Origin: Octopus sinensis
Taxonomy: Eukaryota
Assembly: GCF_006345805.1 (NCBI RefSeq)
Contig: NC_043004.1
Coordinates: 38,254,001 to 38,318,000 of the forward strand
Length of the DNA stretch: 64,000 nucleotides
Direction of reading: 5' to 3'
Shown: positions 51,127 through 64,000 of the stretch, in pieces
Layout of the letters: each line of letters opens with the position of its first letter
Position numbering within the stretch: position 1 is the first letter of the stretch
Notes under the pieces: model-generated
What the model was told of the DNA's origin: nothing
Seen by the model: the letters and a program-made list of their open reading frames with translations, nothing else
Database searches by the model: none
Position numbers and translations under genes: made by a program

Positions 51127-53341
51127 CACAATGTAACACATGTTTTGTTTATTTGTATTTTTTAATGTTCATATATGCATTTTTTGCCACTAAATTCAAA
51201 AATCACATTCATTTTGACGTAACATCGATAGTTATTTATTTATTCCTAATTTCATATTTGCTCGTTATATTTGTAACTTTTCTCTACAGCACATTGTTGG
51301 TTCAATCTATTCTAGTATTGTAAGGATAATTACACAACATTTAGTACTTTTTCATATATTGAAAGGTATTTAGGAAGTATAATATTAGTTAGAACAAAAA
51401 GAAACAATAAAACTCTGCACTGTAAATGCCTTGATAACTATTTTCTTAAGATGAGAAGTGCTTTGACGATCGAGATTTTCTTGAGTGTATACCTTCATCT
51501 CTTCTGACTAGAGACCATATATAATCTCCCATCATAGCAGTATCCCATCGTCCTTGGTATCTTCTTTCCATAGTTGCGATGTCCTGATGAAATCTCTCAC
51601 CATGCTCCTCACTGACATCACCCTAGTTTTCGGGGGGAAAAAATCTAGGTGAGAGTGCAAAAAACGAACATTTAAAGACACACGACAACCCATTTTCTTG
51701 AAGTTTTCAATAAGATTTGCTACCAGCTGCTTGTAATTAGGATCCTTGTGATTTCCTAGGAATCCACGAAATGCACACCAAGCTTTTTTTTCAACTGCTG
51801 TCATCGCTCTTTCCAGTTTCTTCGACTTCAACATTGCATTTACTTGGGGCCCAACAAATATGCCACCCTTGATCTTAGCCTCAGTTAGCTTTGGAAACAT
51901 AAGACAAATTTCTTGAAAAGCTTCTCCTCTAAAATCTAAGGCCTTCACAAACTGTTTTACCAATCCGAGTTTGATATGAAGTGGGGGTAATAAGATTTTG
52001 TTGGAATCTACTTGAGGCTGTTTGAGAACAATTAACATTCCTGGCTGTAGGTCCACTCGTGGAGGCCAATATACTCTCTTGTAATGATCATCATTAGCTC
52101 TGCTGTCCCATAAGCAAAGAAAATATGAATACTTTGTGTATCCCCCTTGCAAGCCAAGCAATAAGGCAAGCATCTTGAAATCCCCACAAACATCCTACTT
52201 TAACTCAGCGTAATTTATTTTGTTGAGAAGTTCTTTGACATTATCGCAATTTTCTTTCTTCTGTACGGAGTGTGCAAGAGACAAAGAAGGATATTTATTT
52301 CCATTGTGGAGCAACACTGCTTTGAGACTTCGTGTTAAGCTATCTATGAACAGTCACCATTCTGCAGAATCATGCTTGCGTCCAATAGCAGTAAACAAAC
52401 CAATCACATCTTTACAATAATACAGATCATTAATATTTTCATAGTATATTTCAAATTCTTTATGGCATTTCTGGTACTCAGATGTCTTGCAGTCTTCCCC
52501 CAGTAGATTCAATTCCTTCAACCTTGATGAAAGAAGTTTAGCTCCTGACTTAGTAAGACCCAGATCCCTGATTAAATAATCTAGCTCACTCTGATTCGGA
52601 AAGTGAGGCTCCAAAGTCGTTCTTGGTACGAAAGCTTCCTCTATTTCTTGGCTGCTGCTACTTGTTGACTCTTCAGATGAAATATTTTCTAGTGGTAGTG
52701 ATACTCATAAACTGTCATAATGTGGGACAGGTGCTCTAGATGATGGTATGTCTGGATACTGAAAAGCTTGTCTTCCTTTCACGTTTCTGTACTTTGTCAC
52801 ATCGATCATACAAAGTAACAGTCATCGTGATGGTTCTTTGGCTCTCTTCATTCCTTTGGAATGGCAAAAGGTATTGACCTTCCTGTACCTCTTAGCCATC
52901 CTTCTAAAGAGATTGGCAGTTTCCACATATCACATGTGGGGCCCATGGTTTGTCCTGGTCACCCATGGGCATTCCGAAATAGAGTCTGTACGCTATCCAC
53001 AATTTGACACCTTTTACGATCTTATGTAACACCTGCTTTTTTCCAATGTAATAACCACACACATAGCAAAATGTATCTGGAGAATTTTTACATACTCTAG
53101 TAGCCATCCTGAAAGTAGCAGAACTTAGTAATTGGTCTGAAAGAGAAGATAAGGCATACATTTAGTAGCGGAACATTATAACAATACCGAATATATAATA
53201 ACATTGAAAGTTGACATATTTTTTTAACTGTTGATGATACACAAAATAATTTAATTTTTGGAATCAGCAGAAAAAATGGATTGATAAACAATAAAAAATA
53301 AAATACAATAAACATTTTTTTTTGAAAATTGTTACGTTGTG
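51127..53341 (-). mobile_element. Full-length Chapaev3-type (CMC/Transib-related) DNA transposon with decayed transposase
   Basis: TIR CACAA(T/C)GTAACA at 51127-51138 and 53330-53341, with 3-bp TTA on both flanks. Transposase motifs CKNSPDTFCYVCG, LLGLQGGYTKY..LCLWDSR, ILLPPLHIKLGLVKQFVKAL, FLHSHLDFFP. Several frameshifts and stops. Confidence 0.8.
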
Positions 53342-53394
53342 TTATTTACATTATTTACATTTGACGGATATTTATCCTCATCTCGTTTATTGTT

Positions 53395-53440
53395 AACACA
53401 ACGTTTCGGCTGATGTACCTTCCAGCCTTCATCAGGTGTC
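53395..53440 (-). ncRNA. Minimal type-I hammerhead ribozyme motif (PLE-associated, dimer-type)
   Basis: Reverse complement GACAC-CUGAUGA-A-GGCUG(gaagguacau)CAGCC-GAAAC-GUU-GUGUU: stem I GACAC/GUGUU, intact core, 5-bp stem II, loopless palindromic stem III (ACGU). Confidence 0.65.
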
Positions 53441-53651
53441 TTGGGAAAATGGAGACCACCTCCCCCTGTGGAATGAAGTTAAAATAATAGATAGGGAACA
53501 CCACTGAAAAATACGAAAATTAAAAGAAGCAGCACATATGCTAGGACACAACAACCTCCAAAGCAGACCGAGTATAGATATGAACAGCATATGGGAACCG
53601 GTATTAAGGAAGGATAGGAAAATATAAGATTTATAAGCCCTAAAATTCACT

Positions 53652-53726
53652 CCCACGGGCATATGGCGTAGTGGTTAAGAGCGTGGGTTATTAACCCCGA
53701 GATTCCGAGTTCGATTCCAGGTAGTG

Positions 53727-53757
<31 letters not shown>

Positions 53758-53934
53758 CAACAACAACATCGAAAATACCTTAGGAATGAGAACCCAGGTT
53801 CGAAATTTCCCCAAGATGCATGATGAATGCTGGAGAGTATATCAGCCGAAACCTTGTGTTAACAAACAAGATGAGGACAAATATCCGTCAAATGTAAATA
53901 ATGTACGTAATTCCTCATCTCTTAAATATAGAGC
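53652..53934 (+). mobile_element. Same tRNA-headed/hammerhead element, copy B
   Basis: A box TGGCGTAGTGG at 53664-53674, B box AGTTCGATTCC at 53708-53718, (AAT)n(AAC)n linker, then the full pLTR sequence colinear with 34548-34380. Confidence 0.8.
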
Positions 53935-53959
53935 TATACATACATATGTGTGTGTGTGT

Positions 53960-54436
53960 GTGTGCGCGCGTATCACGTGACCGGTGTTCGGCCAAGCCGG
54001 ACCTTTCTTTCTTGGTTCGACTACCATCCGTGCAACATCTATATTCCTCCCCATGCCTGCCATCGCGTATGTCCCCCTCGTGAGGCTTCACTTCCACATA
54101 CGCCAGCTTAATCTAATTCGTCCTTAGTCGAAAGACACCCGTTGTTATGTCCTGTTATTTGCATTTGTATACCATTTCTCCGTTTTTTTTTTCGTCCTTG
54201 TTTTCCCGTATATTCGCTGCTTTCTTCCAAGGAATCTAGTGCTCTTAGCTTAGTTTTGCCTTGGGGCTGGCCAGATTGGAGCAATCTCGAGTATAACCAG
54301 TCAAAATTGCAAAGATAATCTGAAAATCGACTGAGGAAAGAAAATCCGAATGCCCCACCTGTCCTTGTTTTTTCTTGTCCCTTTTTTGTATCATCTGTCT
54401 GGATGTTTGCGTTCTTGTCCCATTTTTTGTATTCCT

Positions 54437-54450
<14 letters not shown>
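53960..54450. mobile_element. Possible solo LTR or other repeat
   Basis: CpG-containing, T-rich block of about 0.5 kb between microsatellites. No verified TG..CA termini or TSD. Confidence 0.3.
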
Positions 54451-54490
<40 letters not shown>

Positions 54491-54949
54491 GACGGGCTTC
54501 TTTCAGTTTCCATCTACCAACCCCACTCACAAGGCTTTGGTTAGACCGCGTAGTAGAAGACATTTAACGAAGGTGCCACATAGTGGGACTGAACCCAGAA
54601 GCATGTATTTGGGATGCAAGCTTCCCACCACAGTACGCATGAGCCTACACACACGCGCGCGCGCATACACATATTTATTTCACAGCATCACATTATCGGC
54701 CATACTATCGGATGGTCACATATTTTGTGGACTTGTCATAAATCGAAATTAAGATCTAGAGCTTGGATATAACAGTGGTGGTTATCGCATAAGTTCCACG
54801 TAAATGTTTTCTTCCTCAGTTTTCGACAAAACATTCACATTTGTTGGGTAGCTAATCTTTACAACACTATATAACTGTCCCATGCAACAATTCTGTAGGT
54901 TACTCTTTTGGAATATTCTACCAGTATTCTTTATTTCTTAAGATGTGAA

Positions 54950-56680
54950 TACATTGCTGACGGTTTTAGCGAACATGATATGTTACTTGAGAAGGTAGTA
55001 TCTTGCAGATACTTTTAGACTGCAGCTTATGACAGTGGTGGTGTGTTTTCTACTCTCGTATAGCATAATCGACATTTTTCATCAAAACTTTGAACCCTAC
55101 AGAAGTCCCAATATCTTTTGTTGACCGGGTATTTTACAACTGTCTCCTGTTATTTGAAGGTAAAAACGTAGTCTTCCAGGTGAGATGTGAAGCATTAATC
55201 GCAAGCCTGTTGACATTTTTTTAGCTTCTGAAGTATGTATCAATGGGTACTTTCCGCTGATACGAAGAGTATTTCTTCTTCAAGTTGCTATTTATGTAGT
55301 TCAGCCAGATATCTTTGGCTCACATGAAACAGCTGCCATCCAGGTGTTCCGTGCCTAATTTCGTTATTACCTTCGCTGTTGAGTATACACGTGATATACT
55401 CCATTCTATCTTTACTGTTCAGAAGCTGATTTCTAACTGACGCGATGCAGCACTCAAAACAGACTTAATGCTTCTGCTTCCATCTATTGGCTTAGTATAA
55501 ATTCTATCATTATCATTGTTGACAAGGAATAACCAGTTTTGTTACTACCATTCTAGTCTCGATGCTCAGTTTGCGTATCTCTTCAAGTGCCCAGTTTAGT
55601 ATCTCAAATACTGGTACACGGGCGCCACCAAAGCGTTGTGAGATGTTTTACTGAATGCTAATAATTCTGCTTCTATACCTCCCGAAGTCTGCTGAAGTAT
55701 TTTCCCGTTATTCTAGCTTTAATCACAGTACGTAATATTCTCATCGATTCTGAGCTATTTATAACATTTATTATTGGTGAAAAGGTATAAAGACAAGCCA
55801 TTGGTATCCCTACCCCTTGTCTGACTAACAATCTTTCCTAGTTTTATTATCAAATATGAAGACACGTCCTGACCAAACTCCATTCATACATTTACAAGCT
55901 TGTGACCCGTTCTAATTGTCTCTAGGTGTTGTAAATATTACTCGAGCACAGCTTAAGGTCATCAACAAGAAGGGTATGTCAATATCAATTATTCTTTCAT
56001 CTGCTGGTTCAACCATGCAACTATTGAATTTTCTTAACAAGGCTGACAAGAATCGCCCCGTTAGGACAGAAGGCATTACAGATAAGCTGTCACCTTGAAA
56101 AATTTCCATCGACAGCCTAATTCTGGACCTTACCATACTGTGAGCTTCAGTTCTAAAACGGCTGCCCTTTGGATTATTTTGTTATCTTAATGGCATCGAC
56201 AATAGATAATAGCTGAACTCTTCGCAAGGCATAGTGACTTTATAATTCACGAGTTAGGAAACGAGTCAAAAGCCTTCTTAAATACTAGCCATATAGTCAT
56301 CACGATTCAGCGGTGCTGTTTTGCTTCCTTAATCCGCTTTGTTGGTGAGGAGCTCGCACAGCCCTGAGGTTTCTTTCTTCCTGCCTGTTCAACAGTCATC
56401 ATATTGTGTATTTCGCCGTAATCCCGAGCAATCTGCATATATTTTATACATCACCTCCAAGCACTTTTAGCCACATGCGTCTCATGCTTTTAGCTACTAG
56501 AGTTATAAGGGCAACAGCCAGCTTATCTGGCACATCAAGTTCGCATTTCATTATTCCCGTGTATAGAATGAAGATCGCGAGCTTTCTGTACAAATAACTG
56601 ACAACCAGGTCTCTCCAAGGTTGTTTTTGCAGCAAACATCGAGAGATTTTCACAAATGCACCAACACGTTTAACAATGTT
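54950..56680 (-). mobile_element. Highly decayed R4/Dong-like LINE RT region
   Basis: IFQGDSLS motif (56094-56120 region) plus degenerate upstream RT motifs. Many stops. Confidence 0.5.
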
Positions 56681-57145
56681 TGTGTGTAGGTGTATATAAA
56701 ATAGTTCTGTAGACTTGAAAATTAAATTTATTAATATATTTCAATAATAAAAAAAAAAAATTGATGTATATATCTAACGTGGTCTGTGAAGGCGTCCATC
56801 ATAGTCAGCTCATCGACTATCAAGCGGATATTTTCATTTGGTACAAGGTGTCCTCATCATATATTTCACAAATATATATATATATATATCTTTTATCTTT
56901 TACTTATTACAGTCATCAGATTGCAGCCATGCTGGAGCACCGCCTTGAAGAAATTTTTATTCGAATGAATCCAATCCTAGTACTTATTGTTTTTTCAAGC
57001 TTGGAACTTATTCTATTGATTTTTATTGCCTAAACGCTAAGTTAGGGGCAGTAGTAAACACACCTACAGTGGTTGTGTTGGAGGACAAACATGCACACAC
57101 ACACATGTATGTAGTGTAGTGTAAGTATATATATAATATATATAT

Positions 57146-57234
<89 letters not shown>

Positions 57235-57235
57235 T

Positions 57236-57562
57236 AGGCGCAGGAGTGGCTGCGTGGCATTTTGGGCAAGTGTCTTCTGCTATAGCACCGGGCCGACCAA
57301 TGCCTTGTGAGTGTATTTGAAAGCCTGTCGTATATATGTATATATATGTATGTATGTGTGTGTGTTTGTGTGTCTGTGTTTGCCCCCCTAGCATTGCTTG
57401 ACAACCGATGCTGTGTGTTTACGTCCCGTCACTTAGCGGTTTGGCAAAAGAGACCGATAGAATAAGTACTGGGCTTACAAAGAATAGTCCCGGGGTCGAT
57501 TTGTTCGACTAAAGGCGGTGCTCCAGCATGGCCGCAGTCAACTTACTGAAACAAATAAAAGA
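57236..57562 (+). mobile_element. OK-like SINE
   Basis: Same head and tail. Further partial copies at about 1895-2045, 18130-18350, 49300-49460, 50815-51030, 54488-54640 and 56905-57110. Confidence 0.8.
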
Positions 57563-57568
57563 GTATAT

Positions 57569-57640
<72 letters not shown>

Positions 57641-58197
57641 TATATATATATATATATATAAATATAAAAAAAAATACATATATATATATATATATATATA
57701 ATTAAGGTAGTAGAAAAATATAAACATGGACAAGAACGTATAACTCTATAGAATACGATATAATATAAATGGACAGGGCATTCGAACCCCTCATTTCAGC
57801 AAGAACCGGATCATCGTAGTAATTCGGCTATAATATATATATATATATATATATAATACATATATAATATATATATATAATACAATATATATATATAATA
57901 TAATACACACACATATATATATATATCTATATATATATATATATAATATATATATAAGTACATATATAATATATATAGTACATATATAATATATATATAT
58001 AATACATATAATGTATATATATAATACAGATATAATGTATATATAATACATATATAATGTATATATATAATACATATATAATGTATATATATAATACATA
58101 TAAAATGTATATATATATAATAATATATAATTGTATATATATAACATATATAATGTATATATATAATACATATATAATATATAATATATATATATAG

Positions 58198-58263
<66 letters not shown>

Positions 58264-58827
58264 ACTATATATATATATAAATATTATATATTAAGGTATG
58301 TAGAAAAATACAACATGGACAAGAAAGTATAACTCTTAGAAGACGACGACACAATAAACATGGACAGGGCATTCGAACCCCTCAGTATTCAGTCAAGAAC
58401 CGGATCATCGTAGTAATTTCGGCTTAATATATATATATATTATATATAATACATATATTATATATATATATACTATATATATATATATATATAATATAAT
58501 ACACATATATATATATATTATATATATATTATATATATATTATATATAGTACATATATAATATATATAGTACATATAAATATATATATATAGTACATATA
58601 TATATATATATATATATACAGATATAATGTATATATAATACATATATAATGTATATATATAATACATATATAATGTATATATATAATACATATATAATGT
58701 ATATATATAATACATATATAATGTATATATATAATACATATATAATGTATATATATAATACATATATAATATATATATATAATACATATATAATATATAT
58801 ATATAATACATAGTACATATATAATAT

Positions 58828-59970
58828 ACTAGCAGCACAGCCCGGCGTTGCCCGGGTATGTAAGAGCCCCTAGTAGGCAACGACTAATCCCAATCTAGTC
58901 CTTTCCCTCTAGGGAACGAACGCGCATGTGTAGGTTGCAATGTCTTTTCTTCACTCCCAAATAAGTATCAAACAGCTATCGATAATTCAACACAACCAAT
59001 TCCTACCAGGAAGAAATTACATTCGAGACTTTACCCCCAACATCGCCACTTCTGCCAATAGCTGCTGCAGCCACAAGTTATTCGAATACTTTTTTTGTTT
59101 AAACTTTCTTTATAACTACCACCTCAAACGTTTTACCTTAAATTTTTGACGTACCCTAAGGGTCCTCGAACGCTACTTGCAAACTCTTGGTTTATTATAA
59201 ACCACTTTTGTCGTGTGCACCAAAACACTTTTTCCATTCGTTTGTTCAGTTTGGTCACTTTTGATTTTTTCGTTGTTGTCACTCACATTGCTGCCCGCTT
59301 TTTTGCCGATTTTGTACATTTTTATACATTTTGGGATACTTACCCCACGTGTTCCGAGAGTTAAAAAGGTTGCGCCCCTTAGACAGTCTGTGGTTTGTGT
59401 TTAATACGCAAATCGGTTTGCTATGTGTGCCACATATGATTTAATTAACCGATTTTTTCCAGTAATAAAGTATCCTATTGGAATAAAAAGGGCCATATAG
59501 CTCCTTGGAGCAGACATGATGCTCGCTGTGAATTTTTAAAAAAATTCCTGCCAATTTGTGAAAGATATTGTCGAAAATATGTCATCTTGAATTTGAACGC
59601 GATTTCCCAAAATGGCATGATTTTATCGATTTTTTTCTGATGGTAAGGTATTGCATGGAAAACTAACGTCAGAAATAAGTTTCTTAGGGTAACATTAAGC
59701 TTCACCATGAGTTTGGTGAAAATCGATTGCAAGTTCCGAAAACTACAACAGAAAATGTGTTGCATATAAAAAGCTTAGATTCTCGACCCCATGTCGTATT
59801 TTTCGATTATTTTCAGAACTTGGGGAACTTTTCTAAATTTTCGCTGCGTTAGTTTTGAATTATGACATTGGGCTATGTGTGTGTCAAGTTTCATCAGAAT
59901 CGGTTGAAAGCCGTGGTCAGGGTGAGGGTACAACCTGACAGACACACAGACAGACAAACTGCCGTTTATA
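58828..59970 (-). mobile_element. Non-autonomous Helitron inserted in (TA)n
   Basis: On the minus strand the 3' end has the GC hairpin CCCGG(GCAACG)CCGGG (58841-58856) about 10 nt before the terminal CTAG (58829-58832). The 5' end has a (GTCT)n tract next to a TA run. Confidence 0.75.
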
Positions 59971-60081
59971 TATATATATATATTATATATATATAATATA
60001 ATATATATAATACATATATAATATATATATAATACATATATAATATATATATATATGATACATATATAATATATATATATA

Positions 60082-60142
<61 letters not shown>

Positions 60143-60363
60143 AATATGAGAGAGAATCCACTATGTGGACGCCCTTACGCTAAAGAGAGATCCGCATGAG
60201 TCTCAACCATGATTTTAATTTTATATATATATATATATGCACGAAGTTTTGCAGTTCCAAAGCAGCGAAAATATTTCGACACAAATTAAATTAAAATTTT
60301 GAAGTGAATCTAATCTTTGTGTTTTTAAACGGATTATAGACACCTACCACGCTGCAATTGTTT

Positions 60364-60454
<91 letters not shown>

Positions 60455-61025
60455 TGTAAACAATTGCATATTTTTATTTAAGTAATATTATTGTACTCTA
60501 TATAAGTATTGATTGTTAAATATGTATTTATAATTTCTTATTTGTTAATGATAATTTAGATATGCACATTTATTTAATTATTATTATTTTATAATTATTA
60601 TATCTGAACGCAAATTTAAAAATATTAGTTAGTCACTTTGGGATCTAGATCGTAAAAATGTTTTAATTTAACTATAAGTTTCTTATTATATTTATAGTCT
60701 TATTATATTTCTAGTACTATTGCATTTAATAAGAATAGTAATAATAAGTATTTATAAAGATAAATTATACGTTTTTACTTTGGAATTTTTCAATTCTTAT
60801 CTTTTATTTCATAAATATTTTTGAAAGATATCTATATAATTGTAATTCGAATTTAATTATAGCCATGAAACATACGTAGTTTTTTTATACTTATTATATA
60901 TTGATTATTCATTTTTATACTTTTTGTGATCTAGTTATATGTTTTATAAAAATATATTTTATTTTTTATTTATGATTTGGTTTGTCTATCATTGTTTGTA
61001 TTGCATAATAGTGGTTATTTCTCTA

Positions 61026-61072
<47 letters not shown>

Positions 61073-61406
61073 ATATATATATATGTTTCAAAGTTTGGCA
61101 CAAGCCTGCAATTTCAGGGTAAGGGATAAATCCATTACATTCAACTAGTACTTATTTTACAAATTCCCGAAAGGATGAAAGGCAAAGTAAACCTCAGCGG
61201 GATTTGAACTCAGCGTGTAGCTTGACGAAATGCCGCTTAGCATTTTGCCCGGCGTGTTAATGATTCTGCCAGCTCGCCTTAAATATATCCTGACGAAACT
61301 TCGAAGACACTTTCAATAGACACTGACTTCGCACATGTAGAGAATACTTTTTTCCAAGTTCATATTCACAGTTATTACACTTATAAAACCATCCTTTAGC
61401 CAGACA

Positions 61407-61509
<103 letters not shown>

Positions 61510-61519
61510 ACGTGTACGT

Positions 61520-63455
61520 ACGTAACTATAGTAATATGATTCAACGTCGACTCAGAGATATTGCTTGGGCTGAATTCAAAAATCTGGATTCGACTGCAGC
61601 TTTTGAGGTGTACAAAACTCAACGAGACCGAGCCGTGAAAATCGAAAAGAAAGAACGCTTCAGTTATGAATACAAAATCGCGGCAAATGCCAGTAGCAAT
61701 CCAAAAACCTTCTTTGCCCATGTCCAGCGGAATTCCCGCTTGAACAACCAGATTGCAACGTTGGTAGACTCAACAGGCGTATCGATTGAGGACCCTTATC
61801 AACAGAGTCAATTATTTGCCGAGGCTTTTGCAACTATTTTCAAACAAGATGATGGTCGTGAACCCCCTCCATTTGATAGATCGGTACCTCCAATGCTTCG
61901 ATTGGTCATCACGCGGGACGAAGTCAAACGTGTTATTCAAGGCCTCGATGTCAACAAGGGTCACGGCCCTGACGGCATACACCCACGGGTTATCAAAGCG
62001 TTGGCTCCGGTCATTGGCGACGGGTGTTATACCTGCAGACTGGAGAACAGCGATAATCTGCCCAATTTTCAAGAAAGGGAGCCGCGAAGACCCGCTTAAC
62101 TACCGACCGGTTTCCCTTACATCAATAATCAGCAAGATGTTCGAAACCATCCTTAAGAAAAGTATGATGCTCCACCTCCTAAACACAGCCTCTATCTCTG
62201 ATTCCCAACACGGCTTCGTGCCGAAGAGATCATGCTTGACCAACTTACTAGTAATGGAAGAATTGATGACGCGCATCCTTGATGATAGTGATGCTGTTGA
62301 CATCGTTTTACTGGACTTTGCCAAAGCTTTTGACTCGGTAAACCACCGCCTATTACTTGTCAAGCTTCAAGCATATAGTTTCCATCCGGATATTGTACGA
62401 TGGGTTGGTGCCTTCCTCTCAGATCGCTCCTTCCAAGTCCAAGTTAATGGTTCGCGGTCCGACGTCTCCAGTGCGAGCAGTGGCGTGCCTCAAGGTTCAG
62501 TGCTTGGGCCCTTGTTGTTCTTAGTCTTCATAAATGACTTGCCCGACGACTTCACGCAAAACACCCTTCTATTTGCCGACGATATCAAACTGGTCGCTCC
62601 TCGCGGTAATATAGAAGATCTTCGTCGATGCCTCCACCAAATTTGGAAGTGGTCTAACGATTAGGACCTGTGTCTGAACGTGTCAAAGTGCTGTCATCTG
62701 CCTGTCGGCTCTACTCCTGCAACTCAACTTGATTTCGAGCCGGGTCGTCTGCTGCTGGAGAGGACCGATCAGGTAAAGGACCTAGGTATCTTGGTGGATT
62801 CCTCCTTTTCGCCTTCGGCCCAGTGCGTCCATGCTGCCAACAAAGCACGCGGAATTCTGTTCTTGATTCGACGGTCATTCGGAATGCTCACAGCAGCCAT
62901 ATTCCTACCACTCTATGTCACGCTGGTGAGACCCATATTGGAGTATGGGATTCAAGCCTCTTCTCCTTATCTCCTCAAAGACATACAGCATCTCGAAAGA
63001 GTCCAGAAGCTGGCTACCCGCATGGTTCATGGTCTCAAAAATTTGTCCTACGAAGAAAGGCTGAGGACGCTCGACCTTTATTCTCTTGAAAAGCCGCCGC
63101 CGTAGTGATCTCATTCTCGCCCACAACATCATAAGCGGAAAGTGTACCTCTCGAAAGAGCTGTTCTTCACTCCTGCTCCAGAGCGTCGGCTGCGGGGTCA
63201 TTCCGAAAAGCTCTACCTGCGACGATTTCATCTCAATCGAAGGAGAGGAGCTTTCTCTCCGTCCGGGTTGCGGATCCGTGGAACAAGCTGCCAGACGAGA
63301 TGGTGAAGATGCCGACGACCGCTTTGTTCAAAGCCTCCCTGGACCTCAAGTGGCCTGAACTCTTTACATGAACACCACCCTTTACTTAACTCCATGTCCC
63401 CCTACATGGCCTTGCTATTTGCTTTTGAGCCAAATTAACTAACTAACTAACTAGC
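61520..63455 (+). mobile_element. 5'-truncated CR1-clade LINE with near-complete RT
   Basis: YRPVSLTS, QHGF...RSCLTNLL, DFAKAFDSV, GVPQGSVLGPLLF, LFADDIKL, RPILEY, RGH..WNKLP. About three frameshifts and one stop (TAG 62662-62664). (TAAC)n tail. Confidence 0.92.
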
Positions 63456-63680
63456 TACTTTGGAAGAAACAGAGGGCTGGAAATAAAAATTGGTACTAAG
63501 CAAATATATATCGCTTTGAGGTGAGTGCATATTAAACATTCTAATGTTTTCCACAGAAAAAAAAAAAATTCTACGAAGGACCATAGAATTCAGTCGCACA
63601 TTTTTTATCATATGCACAACACACATACACACATACTCACTCATGTGTATGTGTGTGTGTGGAAAGTACGTGTGTAGGAG

Positions 63681-63730
<50 letters not shown>

Positions 63731-64000
63731 TATGAATTTTAGAAGACAAACACAAAGTTAAGATTTATTATTATTTTTCTCATGACACTCTTGTCACGTT
63801 GATATACTTATGTACAATTTTTGCTCTGGTTTGATCAAATCTGAAATGAATGCGGTGTTATAATTAATTAGAAGCTTCATTAATAAAATATCAGCATTAA
63901 AACATTACATAGGAACTGAAAAACAATAGAAGCTAAAATGAACGATACAAAAACAAAACATAAAAGAAAAAAAACTGATTTTGTTTCCTAAAACCTTTCA

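Noticed and set aside
51532-52173. 213-aa ORF as a domesticated host gene
   Set aside because: It is a frameshift-bounded piece of the Chapaev3 transposase lying within TIRs.
53657-53730. tRNA genes here and at 10293-10350, 16370-16440, 22467-22535 and 48760-48830
   Set aside because: A/B boxes are present but there is no complete acceptor stem or cloverleaf, and each continues into a repeat body. These are SINE heads.

Overview
AT-rich, repeat-saturated eukaryotic genomic DNA. The SINE/MITE families and the (TA)n/(GATA)n/(CA)n density look like cephalopod (Octopus-like) DNA; this is inferred from repeat content. Nearly all ORFs in the supplied track are microsatellite artefacts or decayed transposons. 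One host gene is well supported: a two-exon, 68-aa LYR-motif microprotein (39434-39601 + 43438-43476, + strand) resembling the mitoribosome/complex I assembly factor AltMIEF1/MIURF, with no MIEF1-like ORF seen downstream. Transposons include: Tx1/L1-type LINE copies flanked by (GATA)n; RTE, CR1, HERO and R4/Dong LINE remnants; a Penelope-like 5' fragment; a full-length Chapaev3-type DNA transposon; mariner fragments; a Helitron; hAT, piggyBac and Merlin-like MITEs; and many tRNA-derived SINEs. The most unusual signal is a short element, present twice, made of a tRNA-like Pol III head, a microsatellite linker and a Penelope-type terminal repeat carrying a minimal hammerhead-ribozyme motif. Several fold-back palindromes are also present, at least one possibly a long-read assembly artefact. 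All family assignments are from motif recall; no database searches were run.
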